DNA from: a virus
Length of the DNA: 64,000 nucleotides
Strand: one strand, 5' to 3'
IMG/VR virus record: IMGVR_UViG_3300019850_000189
Coordinates: 1-64,000 of that record
Below the pieces are notes generated by a model. It saw only the letters and a list, made by a program, of their open reading frames with translations. It made no database searches and was not told the DNA's origin. The position numbers and the translations under genes are program-made. Shown here piece after piece: positions 19,042 through 28,861 of the stretch. Position 1 is the first letter of the stretch. Each line of letters begins with the position of its first letter.

Positions 19042-19329
19042 TCAGAAGAGAACTTTATCAATCCTCTCTTTCATGGCTTTTTTAAATATCTCAGAGATTA
19101 CTTTATATTTTAAGCTATTTATTTTATTAGATACAAGTACTGATGGAATATTTACTTTGCGTCCTGGCTTTGTAGGGAACTCTTTAACTCCATCAACTAT
19201 TTTTTTCTCAAATTCAATGGGAACGTCTCGACCTTGAGTACGTCCTGTTATCTTAACTTTCCAAATACGAATATATAAATTTGTTTTCCCTTGGCCTGTC
19301 ATTGTATATGTATTGTAATACCATGCCAT
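19042..19329 (-). CDS. Small hypothetical protein (MAWYYNT family)
   Basis: Paralog of 19450..19752. Confidence 0.7.
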   Translation of the reverse strand: MAWYYNTYTMTGQGKTNLYIRIWKVKITGRTQGRDVPIEFEKKIVDGVKEFPTKPGRKVNIPSVLVSNKINSLKYKVISEIFKKAMKERIDKVLF

Positions 19330-19449
19330 TTAGTAATCCTTCAGATATAAAATAGAACTTAATATCATGTCATTTTAAATATTTCTATATCTGCCACGAA
19401 ACCGCTTTTATAATTGAATCTTCATTTATGCTTTAAAAATATATTTTTC

Positions 19450-19752
19450 CTATTCTATAACCATCCTGTCTATTTCATATATACCAAAAAGGTGAAAGAG
19501 ATCAGTTATTACCTCATGCTTCAATTTATCTATTTTATCATATACAAGCGATGGGGAAACATCTGTTTTCTCACCTGGCTTTATAGGCGGCATTCCATAT
19601 TGTGTAATTGAACCAGGATGTGGATTGCCTATGTTCTTTATAAATTCTACAGGCGCACCCCATGATGTCTCAACTCCCGTTCTTTTGACCTTCCAAATCA
19701 TAACCAATAATAATGATTGATCTATTGTATTTGTGTTATAATACCATGCCAT
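19450..19752 (-). CDS. Small hypothetical protein (MAWYYNT family)
   Basis: Paralog of 19042..19329. Confidence 0.7.
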   Translation of the reverse strand: MAWYYNTNTIDQSLLLVMIWKVKRTGVETSWGAPVEFIKNIGNPHPGSITQYGMPPIKPGEKTDVSPSLVYDKIDKLKHEVITDLFHLFGIYEIDRMVIE

Positions 19753-20028
19753 TTAGTAGCGTTCCAATGCGATAGGATATACTAGATATTTCTCAAAAAG
19801 ATCCATTAGTATGAGTTGTTTAACTTGTTTTAAAGAATTATATACTAATTTAGGGTTTGGTTTTCCCGTTATGGGCGTTCCCTCTTTTAGGTTCCAATCA
19901 GGAGCAGTAAAATATATCTTTTTAACATAATACGTATTGTTAGAACTTTGTTGTTTAGCTACGCCCATAAGCATTAAAAAATCTTTATGTCTTTTGTGGC
20001 TGCGCAACCATTCGTAGTAGTATATCAT
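19753..20028 (-). CDS. Small hypothetical protein, distant member of the same family
   Basis: MIYYY start, LVYNSLKQVKQLILMDLF end. Confidence 0.65.
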   Translation of the reverse strand: MIYYYEWLRSHKRHKDFLMLMGVAKQQSSNNTYYVKKIYFTAPDWNLKEGTPITGKPNPKLVYNSLKQVKQLILMDLFEKYLVYPIALERY

Positions 20029-20140
20029 ATTATGCGGCCTTCATCTATAAATTCTATAATTGCATTTTTCTTGAGTTCGAGATCGGTCTAATAACATAAA
20101 ACCTCCTGCGTCCAATTTATCTTTGGCAGAAGGCTCTATT

Positions 20141-20290
20141 TTATTTAAGTTTGAGTTGTTTCTTGATCTTCTTTAATTGTGCGGGAGCAATTCCAAATTT
20201 TCTGCAAATATAGCCCTTTGCTGCGCCGCTCATGATAAGATTGACAAGTTCATCCATATCATCAGCTTTTAATTTTACTTGCTTTGGCAT
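20141..20290 (-). CDS. 49-aa HTH-like basic protein (not in ORF track)
   Basis: MPKQVKLKADDMDELVNLIMSGAAKGYICRKFGIAPAQLKKIKKQLKLK; start abuts the upstream stop. Confidence 0.6.
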   Translation of the reverse strand: MPKQVKLKADDMDELVNLIMSGAAKGYICRKFGIAPAQLKKIKKQLKLK

Positions 20291-20291
20291 T

Positions 20292-21092
20292 CTATTTCAG
20301 TACCTTTTTGGCCATTGCCTTGATACGGGGTATATCCACATTTCTAATTATTTTCTGAAGATTTGCCACCCAATATTTAGTAGTTGTTTTGTGACCAGAT
20401 TTCATGGCATCATGTATTTTATTTACTTCTTCTTTCGTAAGCTGTCTATTGTCTAATTCAATTGGCAGTTCCTTCATTGCGGAAATAGTCTGTTCCTCCA
20501 AATCCAGCAATTGTTTTTTCTCGGCGGGCGTATATTCATCATAGTCTTTGTCACCTATATTTCTACTTATAAAGCTATCAACCTCATTCATAACAAGAGT
20601 CAATGCGCTTCTACTTAGCATAAGACTTAATGGCAAATTGTTATTTTTCAGGTAATCGTAATATTCTTTGGCGCCTGATTTTTCAACTTCCTCATCAGTT
20701 ACCAACCACTTAATACCTAATGGCTTCATATATAAAGATATGTAAGGCTGGCCACGCCTTGCTACAGGAATGTCTCGGCTGGTTGCTGTTGGACCCCCAG
20801 CTAAACGAGTGGCCCTGGCGGCGAATGTGGCTAAACCGTAGTTACTACCCTTTTTCACCCACCAGAAATATCTCCAAGCTAAACGCTTTCCTAATTCATC
20901 TTCTTGCGCTTCAGAAATTTCTTTGTGTTCAACAGTTTTCTTGCTTTTCTTTGATTTTTTAGAAATTTTACGGGCCAACGCCATTGCTCCAAAATCCTGC
21001 GGACTCGGAATCGTTGCATCTTCTACCTTTATTTTCGAGTGTTTGTGTTTATTATATAGTACTTCTTCAACTAATTCTTTTAGGTTTTTCAT
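20292..21092 (-). CDS. Hypothetical protein
   Basis: 266-aa ORF starting MKNLKELVEE. Confidence 0.7.
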   Translation of the reverse strand: MKNLKELVEEVLYNKHKHSKIKVEDATIPSPQDFGAMALARKISKKSKKSKKTVEHKEISEAQEDELGKRLAWRYFWWVKKGSNYGLATFAARATRLAGGPTATSRDIPVARRGQPYISLYMKPLGIKWLVTDEEVEKSGAKEYYDYLKNNNLPLSLMLSRSALTLVMNEVDSFISRNIGDKDYDEYTPAEKKQLLDLEEQTISAMKELPIELDNRQLTKEEVNKIHDAMKSGHKTTTKYWVANLQKIIRNVDIPRIKAMAKKVLK

Positions 21093-21108
21093 TTATCTCT
21101 GTTCCCCC

Positions 21109-21540
21109 CTACAATTCCCCTCGATCTATTTTTTCTATTAATGACTTCTTATCTATCTTGACAGTGCCATCAAATACATTGACAGTTAGGTCCGCGGATT
21201 TTTTTCCTTCGGCCGAAGCTACTGCGAGCCTGGCTTGAATTTCCAGAAACTTTAATAATTGATCAATAGTTTTGTTCCTGATTTCGAGGCTTTTCGTCAT
21301 GGCCTCGCGTGTTGCGCCAAGCCTGTCATTGTTCATTTCGATGCGATTGCGGAAATAATTGAGTAACTCTTCTGCCTTATCTCGGTCTTGATTTATAAAA
21401 TCTATAACATTAGCTATAGCTTTGTAATTAAGATTAACCTCTTCACCATCTTTTATTCCTGTTATATTCTTGATTTCTTGCTCAATCTTTTCAGACTGAG
21501 AATCTTTTTGTTCCTCGTTATTATCAGCTGTAGATTCCAT
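21109..21540 (-). CDS. Hypothetical helical protein, possibly terminase small subunit
   Basis: Size, helical pattern and location near the head module only. Confidence 0.4.
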   Translation of the reverse strand: MESTADNNEEQKDSQSEKIEQEIKNITGIKDGEEVNLNYKAIANVIDFINQDRDKAEELLNYFRNRIEMNNDRLGATREAMTKSLEIRNKTIDQLLKFLEIQARLAVASAEGKKSADLTVNVFDGTVKIDKKSLIEKIDRGEL

Positions 21541-22129
21541 ATATCTCTTCTTTATTAGTATAAATTATCTTAAGATATTTACGTATTAGATTCTGTGAAA
21601 AACCGAAACCCTTGGCAAACTTGAAAAAATCTCGTTTGTTGAATTTACGCTTCTTCTTAAGATAGTTTTCAAGTATATCGTTCAGTGGCTGTAATTTTTT
21701 ATATTTATTTTCTGTGAAATATGTTCTCAGTTGATTAACAAGAATCTCTATATCAAAATCTACTAATTCATCTTGGTGAGTTAAAAAAAAGGTAAAATCA
21801 TCCAATGAGTGATTGTTTCTGTTTTTCTTGTTCTTCAAAGTGAAATATGTCAAAGATTTTTTAGCAACTAAACTAAAATAATTAAATGCAGTGCCTTTAT
21901 CAGGATCGAATCTCTCCAAAGCCACTATGCACGCTAGCATAGCTTCCTGCATTAAATCATCATACTGTTCAAAAGCTGTAAATTTGTGAGTAAAAATAAT
22001 GCCGTTAACAATTTTCTGGACTTTAAGCATTATCTGGTCTTTAATATGCGACTTTGTTTCTTCACTTTCTTCATTTTTATATAGACGGATTAATTCCTGA
22101 GCGTTATTATTGTTAAAGTACAAAGCCAT
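21524..22129 (-). CDS. Phage sigma factor (sigma70 region 2; gp55-like late sigma)
   Basis: DDLMQEAMLACIVALERFDPDKGTAFNYFSLVAK. Confidence 0.85.
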   Translation of the reverse strand: MALYFNNNNAQELIRLYKNEESEETKSHIKDQIMLKVQKIVNGIIFTHKFTAFEQYDDLMQEAMLACIVALERFDPDKGTAFNYFSLVAKKSLTYFTLKNKKNRNNHSLDDFTFFLTHQDELVDFDIEILVNQLRTYFTENKYKKLQPLNDILENYLKKKRKFNKRDFFKFAKGFGFSQNLIRKYLKIIYTNKEEIYGIYS

Positions 22130-22133
22130 TTAA

Positions 22134-22568
22134 TTATTCTATACTTTTCTTGATAAAAGCTTTAAACTCAGTAAAATTCTCGTCAAAATTAATAACGCCC
22201 GGCTGGTCTTGCATATCCACCCTTATTTTAAAACTAACAGTCCCGTCTTCTTTAATTATAAAACTTACTCCCCTCGCACTATCTCCCAATTTAACATCTA
22301 TCGCAAAGTGCATATCAAAAAATCGCTCGTCAGCAATTGGTTGTCCTGACTTGATGGCTTTTGAAACAGCAAGCAGGGCTCCAGATACCACATCATCGCG
22401 GATTCTTTTTGAAGCAAACGACAGCAAGTCGTGTATATCTACCAATCGATCCAACTTTATTTTAGTAAGTTTAAAAACACGATCTTCACCTCTATCATTA
22501 AAGTTGGTAAAAATAAACTTAATTTTTTTTGATTCAGCTATCTCGTTAAGAATACTATAAAGTTTCAA
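22134..22568 (-). CDS. Hypothetical protein
   Basis: TTG start after GGGG RBS; MKLYSILNE. Confidence 0.65.
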   Translation of the reverse strand: MKLYSILNEIAESKKIKFIFTNFNDRGEDRVFKLTKIKLDRLVDIHDLLSFASKRIRDDVVSGALLAVSKAIKSGQPIADERFFDMHFAIDVKLGDSARGVSFIIKEDGTVSFKIRVDMQDQPGVINFDENFTEFKAFIKKSIE

Positions 22569-22705
22569 AATCGTATCCCCTATTTAACATAAATTTAGAC
22601 TAACTGCATATAATGTCCATCTATTCGCATACTTAACTTTTTTTTGTAATTAACTAATTTTCAATACCTCCTCATTGTTGAGATATTGTAATTTACCTGC
22701 ATGGT

Positions 22706-25546
22706 TTAGCTGCATTTACTATACCCGCATTTCAAGCAGACAGCGCATCCGCTTTGATATACCATGTCCTGGCTTCCGCATGACGGACAGACGACACCAG
22801 TTGCGACTTTTTCTCCATCCTTGATATATTTTTTAAGTACTCTCGCTATCGCTTTATTAAAGGCGGAAAAATCTTGCTTCTCTTTTGAGAGCTGATCGGA
22901 AATAAAATATATTGGAGTTCCATGCCGCAAGCTCATAGAAATCATTCGTGTAAGCACATTGTATTCTGTATTTTCAAAAAGTGCCAGAATATCATTAAAA
23001 GATAAATTGTCATCTTCTTCAACAGGTATGCGCAAAGAATATCTCTTTTTGCCCTCCTTAACAATTTTACCCTCTTTATACTTTTTAGGGATATTTATCT
23101 TGTCTTCAAGACCGGCAAAAATTTCATAAGGCTCATCGCCCATTTTACCTATCAACACAAGCCAATTTTTCTTTTCTGATGTTATATGATATACGTCGCA
23201 TGGAAGTTCTTTTGGCCTTGGAGGAGCATAATGCCTCTTGATTTTATAAGGTTCTCTACCCTCATCAACAATATTATTATAATTATTTTCTGTAATCAAA
23301 ACACCAGTTTTAGATCCTTCGCGGTAGACTGTAGCTCCTTTGAGCCCTTTCTCCCATGCGGATAAGTAAATGTCTCTGACATTATCTTTGGTGGCATTAA
23401 TAGGTAAATTAAATGTGGTAGAAATAGAACTATCACAATAATGTTGAACTATTTTGAGAAAATCTATTTTTTTTACGTTATCAACATTATATGCCGTGGA
23501 CCAAAAATCTTCATTGCAAAATTTCTTTACATTTTCTCTTGTAACCGCATGACGATTGTCTTTTAGATATCTGCTTACTGCCTCATTGAATACAAACCAT
23601 TCATTCCACTGGCCATCATTAGAACTTCTTTCTCTCCTAACATAATATTTAGAGAAAATAGGCTCTATGCCGGTGCCGCCGGCGCCGAGTATAATAGAAA
23701 TAGTCCCAGTGGGCGCATATGTGGTAGATGCGACATGTCTAAGATGCTTTATATCATCTTCTGATATAATATTCTCTTCTATCAGTTCTCTATAGTGTTT
23801 TGCTCGGCGCGCCTTTTTGAAATCAAACTTACCAAATGTTCCTCTTTCCGCACCAAGATCATTTGAAGCCTGAATAGTATACTTTCTAAAATTGGAAAAT
23901 ACTGTGTTGGCCAGTTCTAGAGCAGCAGGTCCATCATATTTCACCTTTTTTCTTATTAACCAATCTGCCCATCCTGTTATACCCAATCCAACGCGCGTCA
24001 TTGATCGCATTTTTTCTAGTTGTATTTTAGAAGGGCTGCGTTTTTCATTGAGTTCATTTAGTACTACATTGTCTAAATATCTAATACCAAAAAATGAAAG
24101 CTCCTTCAACCATTTTAAAAATTCATCTATTTCTAATGGGGCATAAACCAGTGATATAGAAGCCAGAACACAGGTGTTAAACGGATCCAACACTTGCTCA
24201 GAATTAGATGTATAAAGTATTGACCATTTTTTGTATGTCTTTCCTACTTCACGATATGACAGTGAATATGCTACTATATGATCTGGATGATCAACTTCAA
24301 TATCAAATGTGTCTTGAATACCAAGATATTCTACTGAGACAATTTCATGATTATAGCTTGACCATTTTCCTCTTTTTTTTGATTTCACGGCTTCTATATT
24401 TCCAGATAGGAGACTATCGCCCACTTCAAGATCTTTAGTAAATTTAAGCTCAAGATTTGTAGTGTAGAATTTATGTTCTGCTGTGCATTTAATAGAACTT
24501 CCATCATCAAAATTAACTCTATGCACCGGCTTAGGCCCAATTGTGAAACCTCTAACTATATGAGCTATAACAGGCTTATCGGCTTTTTTGTCCCAGGAAT
24601 GTACTTGCCACTTCAAATCTGGATTTTGTTCATATGCTTTGACAACATCTTTAATTGGAATAGGGTCTCTTCCATCAGCAAGAGCCACCAACGTGTCTCC
24701 AGTTAGACAACATGCGTTACTACTCGTTACCTTATATTTTTTACCATATATATCAGAATTGGAATAGTCGCGCATTCTATCTATAAATTGAATACCGGGG
24801 TCACCTGTCAGCCAAGCTTGGGACACCAGTAAATCAAACAATTCTTTGGCACTTTTCTTTACAATAACTTTATCATCTTCATATTCAAGACTCTGCCACC
24901 GCAAAATCCATTCTTTATCGTCGATCGCCGCCTTCATAAAATCATCGGTTATTTGAATTGAGATGTTGGCGGTAGATAAATTATTTTTACCTTCTTTTAT
25001 CTTACAGAAGCTTTCGAAATCTGGGTATGTATCATGAATTGAAATAAGACTTGCGCCGCGGCGGCCTTGCTGAGCTATAGTAGCCAAAACTGTATCAAAA
25101 TAGGGCATAAACGAAACAGCTCCCGTGGCTGTCTTAGCGGTATTGTGAAGTGGCATGCCTTTTGGTCTAAGGTCGCTTAGATCAACGCCATTGCCTTGAC
25201 CGTATGCCGCAAATTTACCCCACCAATAAAGGCTTTCAAAAATACTTTCCAAATTGTCTTTTGGCGGTGCTAGAGTTGTGCAGTTCACATTTGATATTTT
25301 GTTAGTATTTGTGCCAGCAGCTCTCCACTGTCCCCCGCCAGGGCTGAAGTATTTTTCAAGAATGAAATATCTTGTCTTTTCTACCATTTCTTTCTTTAAT
25401 TTTGTATCATATTTATTTTCGCTTACGGCAATTCTCATTGCCGCATCTGATATGCTCTCTTTCTTTCCATTTTTCTTGGTTTTAGCATATTTAGAGTTAA
25501 AAATAGTCTCTGCGAATTCACTATCAAAAAAATCTTCATTTCTCAT
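22706..25546 (-). CDS. nrdJ: Class II (adenosylcobalamin-dependent) ribonucleotide reductase with intein
   Basis: SPGGG, NC, GQGNG, QQGRRGA, NAC(intein)SEQ, C-x-LASI, RVGLGITG, APTGTIS, DSSISTT, KGATVYR, C-terminal Zn ribbon; start at MRNEDFF inferred (ORF track starts 25594). Confidence 0.92.
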   Translation of the reverse strand: MRNEDFFDSEFAETIFNSKYAKTKKNGKKESISDAAMRIAVSENKYDTKLKKEMVEKTRYFILEKYFSPGGGQWRAAGTNTNKISNVNCTTLAPPKDNLESIFESLYWWGKFAAYGQGNGVDLSDLRPKGMPLHNTAKTATGAVSFMPYFDTVLATIAQQGRRGASLISIHDTYPDFESFCKIKEGKNNLSTANISIQITDDFMKAAIDDKEWILRWQSLEYEDDKVIVKKSAKELFDLLVSQAWLTGDPGIQFIDRMRDYSNSDIYGKKYKVTSSNACCLTGDTLVALADGRDPIPIKDVVKAYEQNPDLKWQVHSWDKKADKPVIAHIVRGFTIGPKPVHRVNFDDGSSIKCTAEHKFYTTNLELKFTKDLEVGDSLLSGNIEAVKSKKRGKWSSYNHEIVSVEYLGIQDTFDIEVDHPDHIVAYSLSYREVGKTYKKWSILYTSNSEQVLDPFNTCVLASISLVYAPLEIDEFLKWLKELSFFGIRYLDNVVLNELNEKRSPSKIQLEKMRSMTRVGLGITGWADWLIRKKVKYDGPAALELANTVFSNFRKYTIQASNDLGAERGTFGKFDFKKARRAKHYRELIEENIISEDDIKHLRHVASTTYAPTGTISIILGAGGTGIEPIFSKYYVRRERSSNDGQWNEWFVFNEAVSRYLKDNRHAVTRENVKKFCNEDFWSTAYNVDNVKKIDFLKIVQHYCDSSISTTFNLPINATKDNVRDIYLSAWEKGLKGATVYREGSKTGVLITENNYNNIVDEGREPYKIKRHYAPPRPKELPCDVYHITSEKKNWLVLIGKMGDEPYEIFAGLEDKINIPKKYKEGKIVKEGKKRYSLRIPVEEDDNLSFNDILALFENTEYNVLTRMISMSLRHGTPIYFISDQLSKEKQDFSAFNKAIARVLKKYIKDGEKVATGVVCPSCGSQDMVYQSGCAVCLKCGYSKCS
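24203..24709 (-). mobile_element. Mini-intein (169 aa, no endonuclease) in NrdJ active-site loop
   Basis: NAC|CLTGDTLVALADG ... CTAEHKF ... DTFDIEV ... LYTSN|SEQ. Confidence 0.88.
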
Positions 25547-25559
25547 AGGATTGATTCCT

Positions 25560-26111
25560 TTATACTTTCCAGTAGAATTGTAGTACCTGGGCAAATTTTA
25601 ATAGACCGGCTTTATCGATAATTACTTCATCACTTTCTTGAAATGTGGGACTTAAAATGTAGGAATATGGGGGTTTAGATGGTTTAACCGGAGAAATTGA
25701 TATCTCTCGAGCTCCCGACTCGTCCAAGCTACGATCCAAGGAACTAATAGCTAAACTGCCATATTCACTCCCTATCTCTATCAGTGTATAGTTATTGTTA
25801 TCAGAATCCAATCTGAATTCAAACTTTTGATGGGGTATATCTCCCAATTCCAGTTCTAATGCTGCGCGCAGGTCAGGATACTGATCTCGTTTCAATATAA
25901 TTCCAAGAGGCATATATTTTTTTTTAGGAGTGAGCGCCTGCCTAATGCGATATTCAAGAGGCCAGAAATTTGGATCTTTAAAATCCCAGACGTATTCAGG
26001 TTCGGCATCATCTTTGAGCTTAAAGCGAGAAATTAAAATATATTCGTTACAGCCGCACCCGCAATGAATTTTTATTATAGGTTTCATAAATCCAGCATAT
26101 ATGTGTGTCAT
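25560..26111 (-). CDS. Hypothetical protein (probable start 26087)
   Basis: ORF in operon context. Confidence 0.65.
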   Translation of the reverse strand: MTHIYAGFMKPIIKIHCGCGCNEYILISRFKLKDDAEPEYVWDFKDPNFWPLEYRIRQALTPKKKYMPLGIILKRDQYPDLRAALELELGDIPHQKFEFRLDSDNNNYTLIEIGSEYGSLAISSLDRSLDESGAREISISPVKPSKPPYSYILSPTFQESDEVIIDKAGLLKFAQVLQFYWKV

Positions 26112-26815
26112 ATGGATTTAAACCCTTTTTTATCAAAAATAGCCTTTAGATCGAAATTATTTATTATTATACTATTAAAAATACTCCAAGGCCTTTTCAT
26201 ATTGGATTTTATATGCAGGTTAGATCCATCTATAGCCAAGATTATTTGCTCGTTATTCTGAAATGATATCATACTCGCGCTCTTGCTTATAAGTAGTTTT
26301 TCGTCGAAATAATACTTATTAGTCGATGGCAGTGTAGTATAATAAACATACTGTGGTTGTTTGATGGGGATATTATACAACATGTTTGCCGAAGTGCTGT
26401 AATGATCTCTCCATATATCTGCTGTTGTTGTTCCGCTGGAATTATAGTTTACTTTATAGTTATACGTGGTGGAGCTGCCATCTGAAGTCCAATATAGATC
26501 TAATGCCCGATTTTCATCTAAATAAGGCCATGTATTATTATATTCCGGCGGAGATAGATCCGCGGATAGATCTGGAGTGGCCTTGACACCATTTTTCAAT
26601 AATTTTTTTGCTGTATCTCGTTTTACTTTTTTATGGTATATGACGGGCAACATGTGAATATTGCTTCTCACATGCTTCCAGAAATCTGTAGATGCCTTAT
26701 CTAAAAAGATATTATCAGCAATCAATAATTCTCCGGATAACAAATTTAGTCTCATCTTTTCTTTTGACGGTTCTTTTATTTTCAATGTTGAATTTTCCAA
26801 ACATATTACACTCAT
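26108..26815 (-). CDS. Hypothetical protein
   Basis: 235-aa ORF. Confidence 0.65.
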   Translation of the reverse strand: MSVICLENSTLKIKEPSKEKMRLNLLSGELLIADNIFLDKASTDFWKHVRSNIHMLPVIYHKKVKRDTAKKLLKNGVKATPDLSADLSPPEYNNTWPYLDENRALDLYWTSDGSSTTYNYKVNYNSSGTTTADIWRDHYSTSANMLYNIPIKQPQYVYYTTLPSTNKYYFDEKLLISKSASMISFQNNEQIILAIDGSNLHIKSNMKRPWSIFNSIIINNFDLKAIFDKKGFKSI

Positions 26816-26827
26816 GTTGATGCCCCT

Positions 26828-27343
26828 TTATTTCTTAGCAGTTTTAGCAGTTTTAGCACCTGATTTTAGTTTCACAAATTCATCTTCAAGCATTATGCCA
26901 TATGGAATTTGCCCATTTACTATGCTCTGCCAGTGAGCCTTGAGTTCCGAGCTAACATCCCTTTTTGACTCTAAAAGATTTTTTGCCTGCTGTTGAATCC
27001 ATGATATCACTTCCGAAGTTACAGTTTTAAAATTCTTTTCGAATTGCGGGTATAACATGTCCTCATAGATAATTATCCTAAGAGGCGAGAAGGCGAATTC
27101 TGGCAGCCAATGCCTGATGAAATTCCACATTATAGCTCCAGCCTTATCTCTAGTATCAACACAGGCACTAAATTGTTGAACCATTAAATGTCCTGCGGAC
27201 AATATAACTGCCGTCATTTTTTCTCTCGCATCTTCTTCATTTTTGAGATCTATTGATTTTGACATTTTTTCATACATCTTTACAAAATCATCTATAGACT
27301 TAACTTTTTTTACTTCTGCGTACAATTCGGATTTAATTGGCAT
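26828..27343 (-). CDS. Hypothetical protein
   Basis: 171-aa ORF with GGAGG RBS. Confidence 0.75.
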   Translation of the reverse strand: MPIKSELYAEVKKVKSIDDFVKMYEKMSKSIDLKNEEDAREKMTAVILSAGHLMVQQFSACVDTRDKAGAIMWNFIRHWLPEFAFSPLRIIIYEDMLYPQFEKNFKTVTSEVISWIQQQAKNLLESKRDVSSELKAHWQSIVNGQIPYGIMLEDEFVKLKSGAKTAKTAKK

Positions 27344-27404
27344 TTTAGCCTCCTATAGCTATTAACTCCATCTTATATATGTTTCGGCATGTCAAATATA
27401 TGAC

Positions 27405-28376
27405 TTACGAAGCTCTTCTTTTAAATTTATTATAGCTTTTCATATGATCGCTAAATAATTCTTTAATGATTTTATCGGTATGTCTTTTATGCCACAACAT
27501 AGGTATAAATTCGGATCTAAATTTGTGGTTTATATCTGGTTTAAAAAGAACCGGTATTGAACCGTCGCTTTTCTTAAGCCACTCATTTTGTTGAAAAGCA
27601 TCCTCTTTATAAGGAAACCAATATGGTAACAAATATGCGGTTCTTAAAAGTTCTTTAAGATTTTGTCTTTGTAACGCTCTTATATCTTTCATTTGTGGTT
27701 CAAAATTTTTGCCATATGTTTCATTATAGATTTTTTTATATTCTTCTAAAAAGAAATATTGTTCTTTAGCTAGTTTAATTTCCATGTTCTCATTATTATT
27801 ATCCCTTGTAATAATAATAGTGTAAGGTACGTTAGTGTAAGGTACGTTAGTGTAAGGTACGTTAGTGTAAGGTTGTGTAGACATTCGGTGCTTTCCCCGG
27901 GACAAAATTTGTCTTTCATCGGCAATTTTTGTCACCTGGGGGGACAAAATTTGTCTTTCATCGGCAATTTTTGTCCCACCATGAGCCTCTTTTTGCGCGA
28001 CCAAAGAGGTATTATGAATGCTACGTAATTTATCCGATAAACCATCGAGGTTATAAACTATACCAGCTGTATAATATTTTTTACTATCGCTGGTATTATT
28101 AACATGTTTAACTGTGGTAAAATCTAAATAGCCTTTGTCTCTAAGAGACTTTCTTGTGCGTTGCAAAGTTCTATAAGATTGGTTGCCAGGAAAATCTTTA
28201 TCATGTATACGCCATTCTGGAGAATTTCTACTTACTTTTAATATTAATAATAATTCTGAATTTGTGATACCCAGTTCTCCTTGATGATCCAACAAGGCAT
28301 TTGGAATTGCGGTAAAACCACTATCTAATAAATCATCATCCCATCTTGGATTTTTATTCTGTTGTTTCTTCGCCAT
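27405..28376 (-). CDS. Winged-HTH replication-initiator-like protein
   Basis: N-terminus GFTAIPNALLDHQGELGITNSELLLIL...RTLQRTRKSLRDKGYL, followed by a repeat-rich linker as in phage replisome organisers. Confidence 0.6.
   Translation of the reverse strand: MAKKQQNKNPRWDDDLLDSGFTAIPNALLDHQGELGITNSELLLILKVSRNSPEWRIHDKDFPGNQSYRTLQRTRKSLRDKGYLDFTTVKHVNNTSDSKKYYTAGIVYNLDGLSDKLRSIHNTSLVAQKEAHGGTKIADERQILSPQVTKIADERQILSRGKHRMSTQPYTNVPYTNVPYTNVPYTIIITRDNNNENMEIKLAKEQYFFLEEYKKIYNETYGKNFEPQMKDIRALQRQNLKELLRTAYLLPYWFPYKEDAFQQNEWLKKSDGSIPVLFKPDINHKFRSEFIPMLWHKRHTDKIIKELFSDHMKSYNKFKRRAS
27819..27873. repeat. 15-bp tandem repeat (AGTGTAAGGTACGTT x3.7)
   Basis: Read directly; encodes PYTNV x3. Confidence 0.9.
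27899..27975. repeat. 35-bp direct repeat x2 (42-bp period) with internal palindromes; candidate iterons
   Basis: GGGACAAAATTTGTCTTTCATCGGCAATTTTTGTC at 27899 and 27941. Confidence 0.85.
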
Positions 28377-28497
28377 TTGTATATATTATCTCCTTTGATA
28401 AATTATCTATATAATCTAATAGTTCACTACTTGGCTTCCTTTTTTTTACTTCCTTCGAAAAAACCCAGCAAAAGCACTTTAGAACCAGTATTTCTTT

Positions 28498-28782
28498 TTA
28501 TTTTATTTCTTGATCAAGAACTATTTCATTATATATTTTCCATTCTTGGTTTACATCAATTTTGAATGATGGTACTATTTTTATAACTTCATATTTTACT
28601 AAATCATCAAAAGCTATTTCTACGAGGTTATGTACTGCGAAATCATTATTTGAAATATGTCTAAGCGTATCAAGATCAATAATGTTTAGATCAATGATCA
28701 TCTCCAAAAGCATTTTAGATGAATTGGTGGGGCATCTATCAAATAACTTACTAAATTTGGATTTATCTACATTATCATTCAT
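28498..28782 (-). CDS. Hypothetical protein
   Basis: 94-aa ORF. Confidence 0.55.
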   Translation of the reverse strand: MNDNVDKSKFSKLFDRCPTNSSKMLLEMIIDLNIIDLDTLRHISNNDFAVHNLVEIAFDDLVKYEVIKIVPSFKIDVNQEWKIYNEIVLDQEIK

Positions 28783-28861
28783 TTTTCATTTATATATTTT
28801 AAAATTGATTGACACACAAACATCTCGAATGGAGAATCTATTTCAAAGAGCTCTTCAGGTG

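Noticed and set aside
20029-20100. Possible tiny gene after a GGAGG RBS
   Set aside because: ATG gives only 18 codons and the more protein-like frame lacks a start; too weak to call
27371-27400. Canonical sigma70 promoter (TTGACA on the minus strand)
   Set aside because: The spacing to the nearest TATAAG/TAAGAT is 12-14 nt, not about 17; it is better explained by the ACATATATA motif
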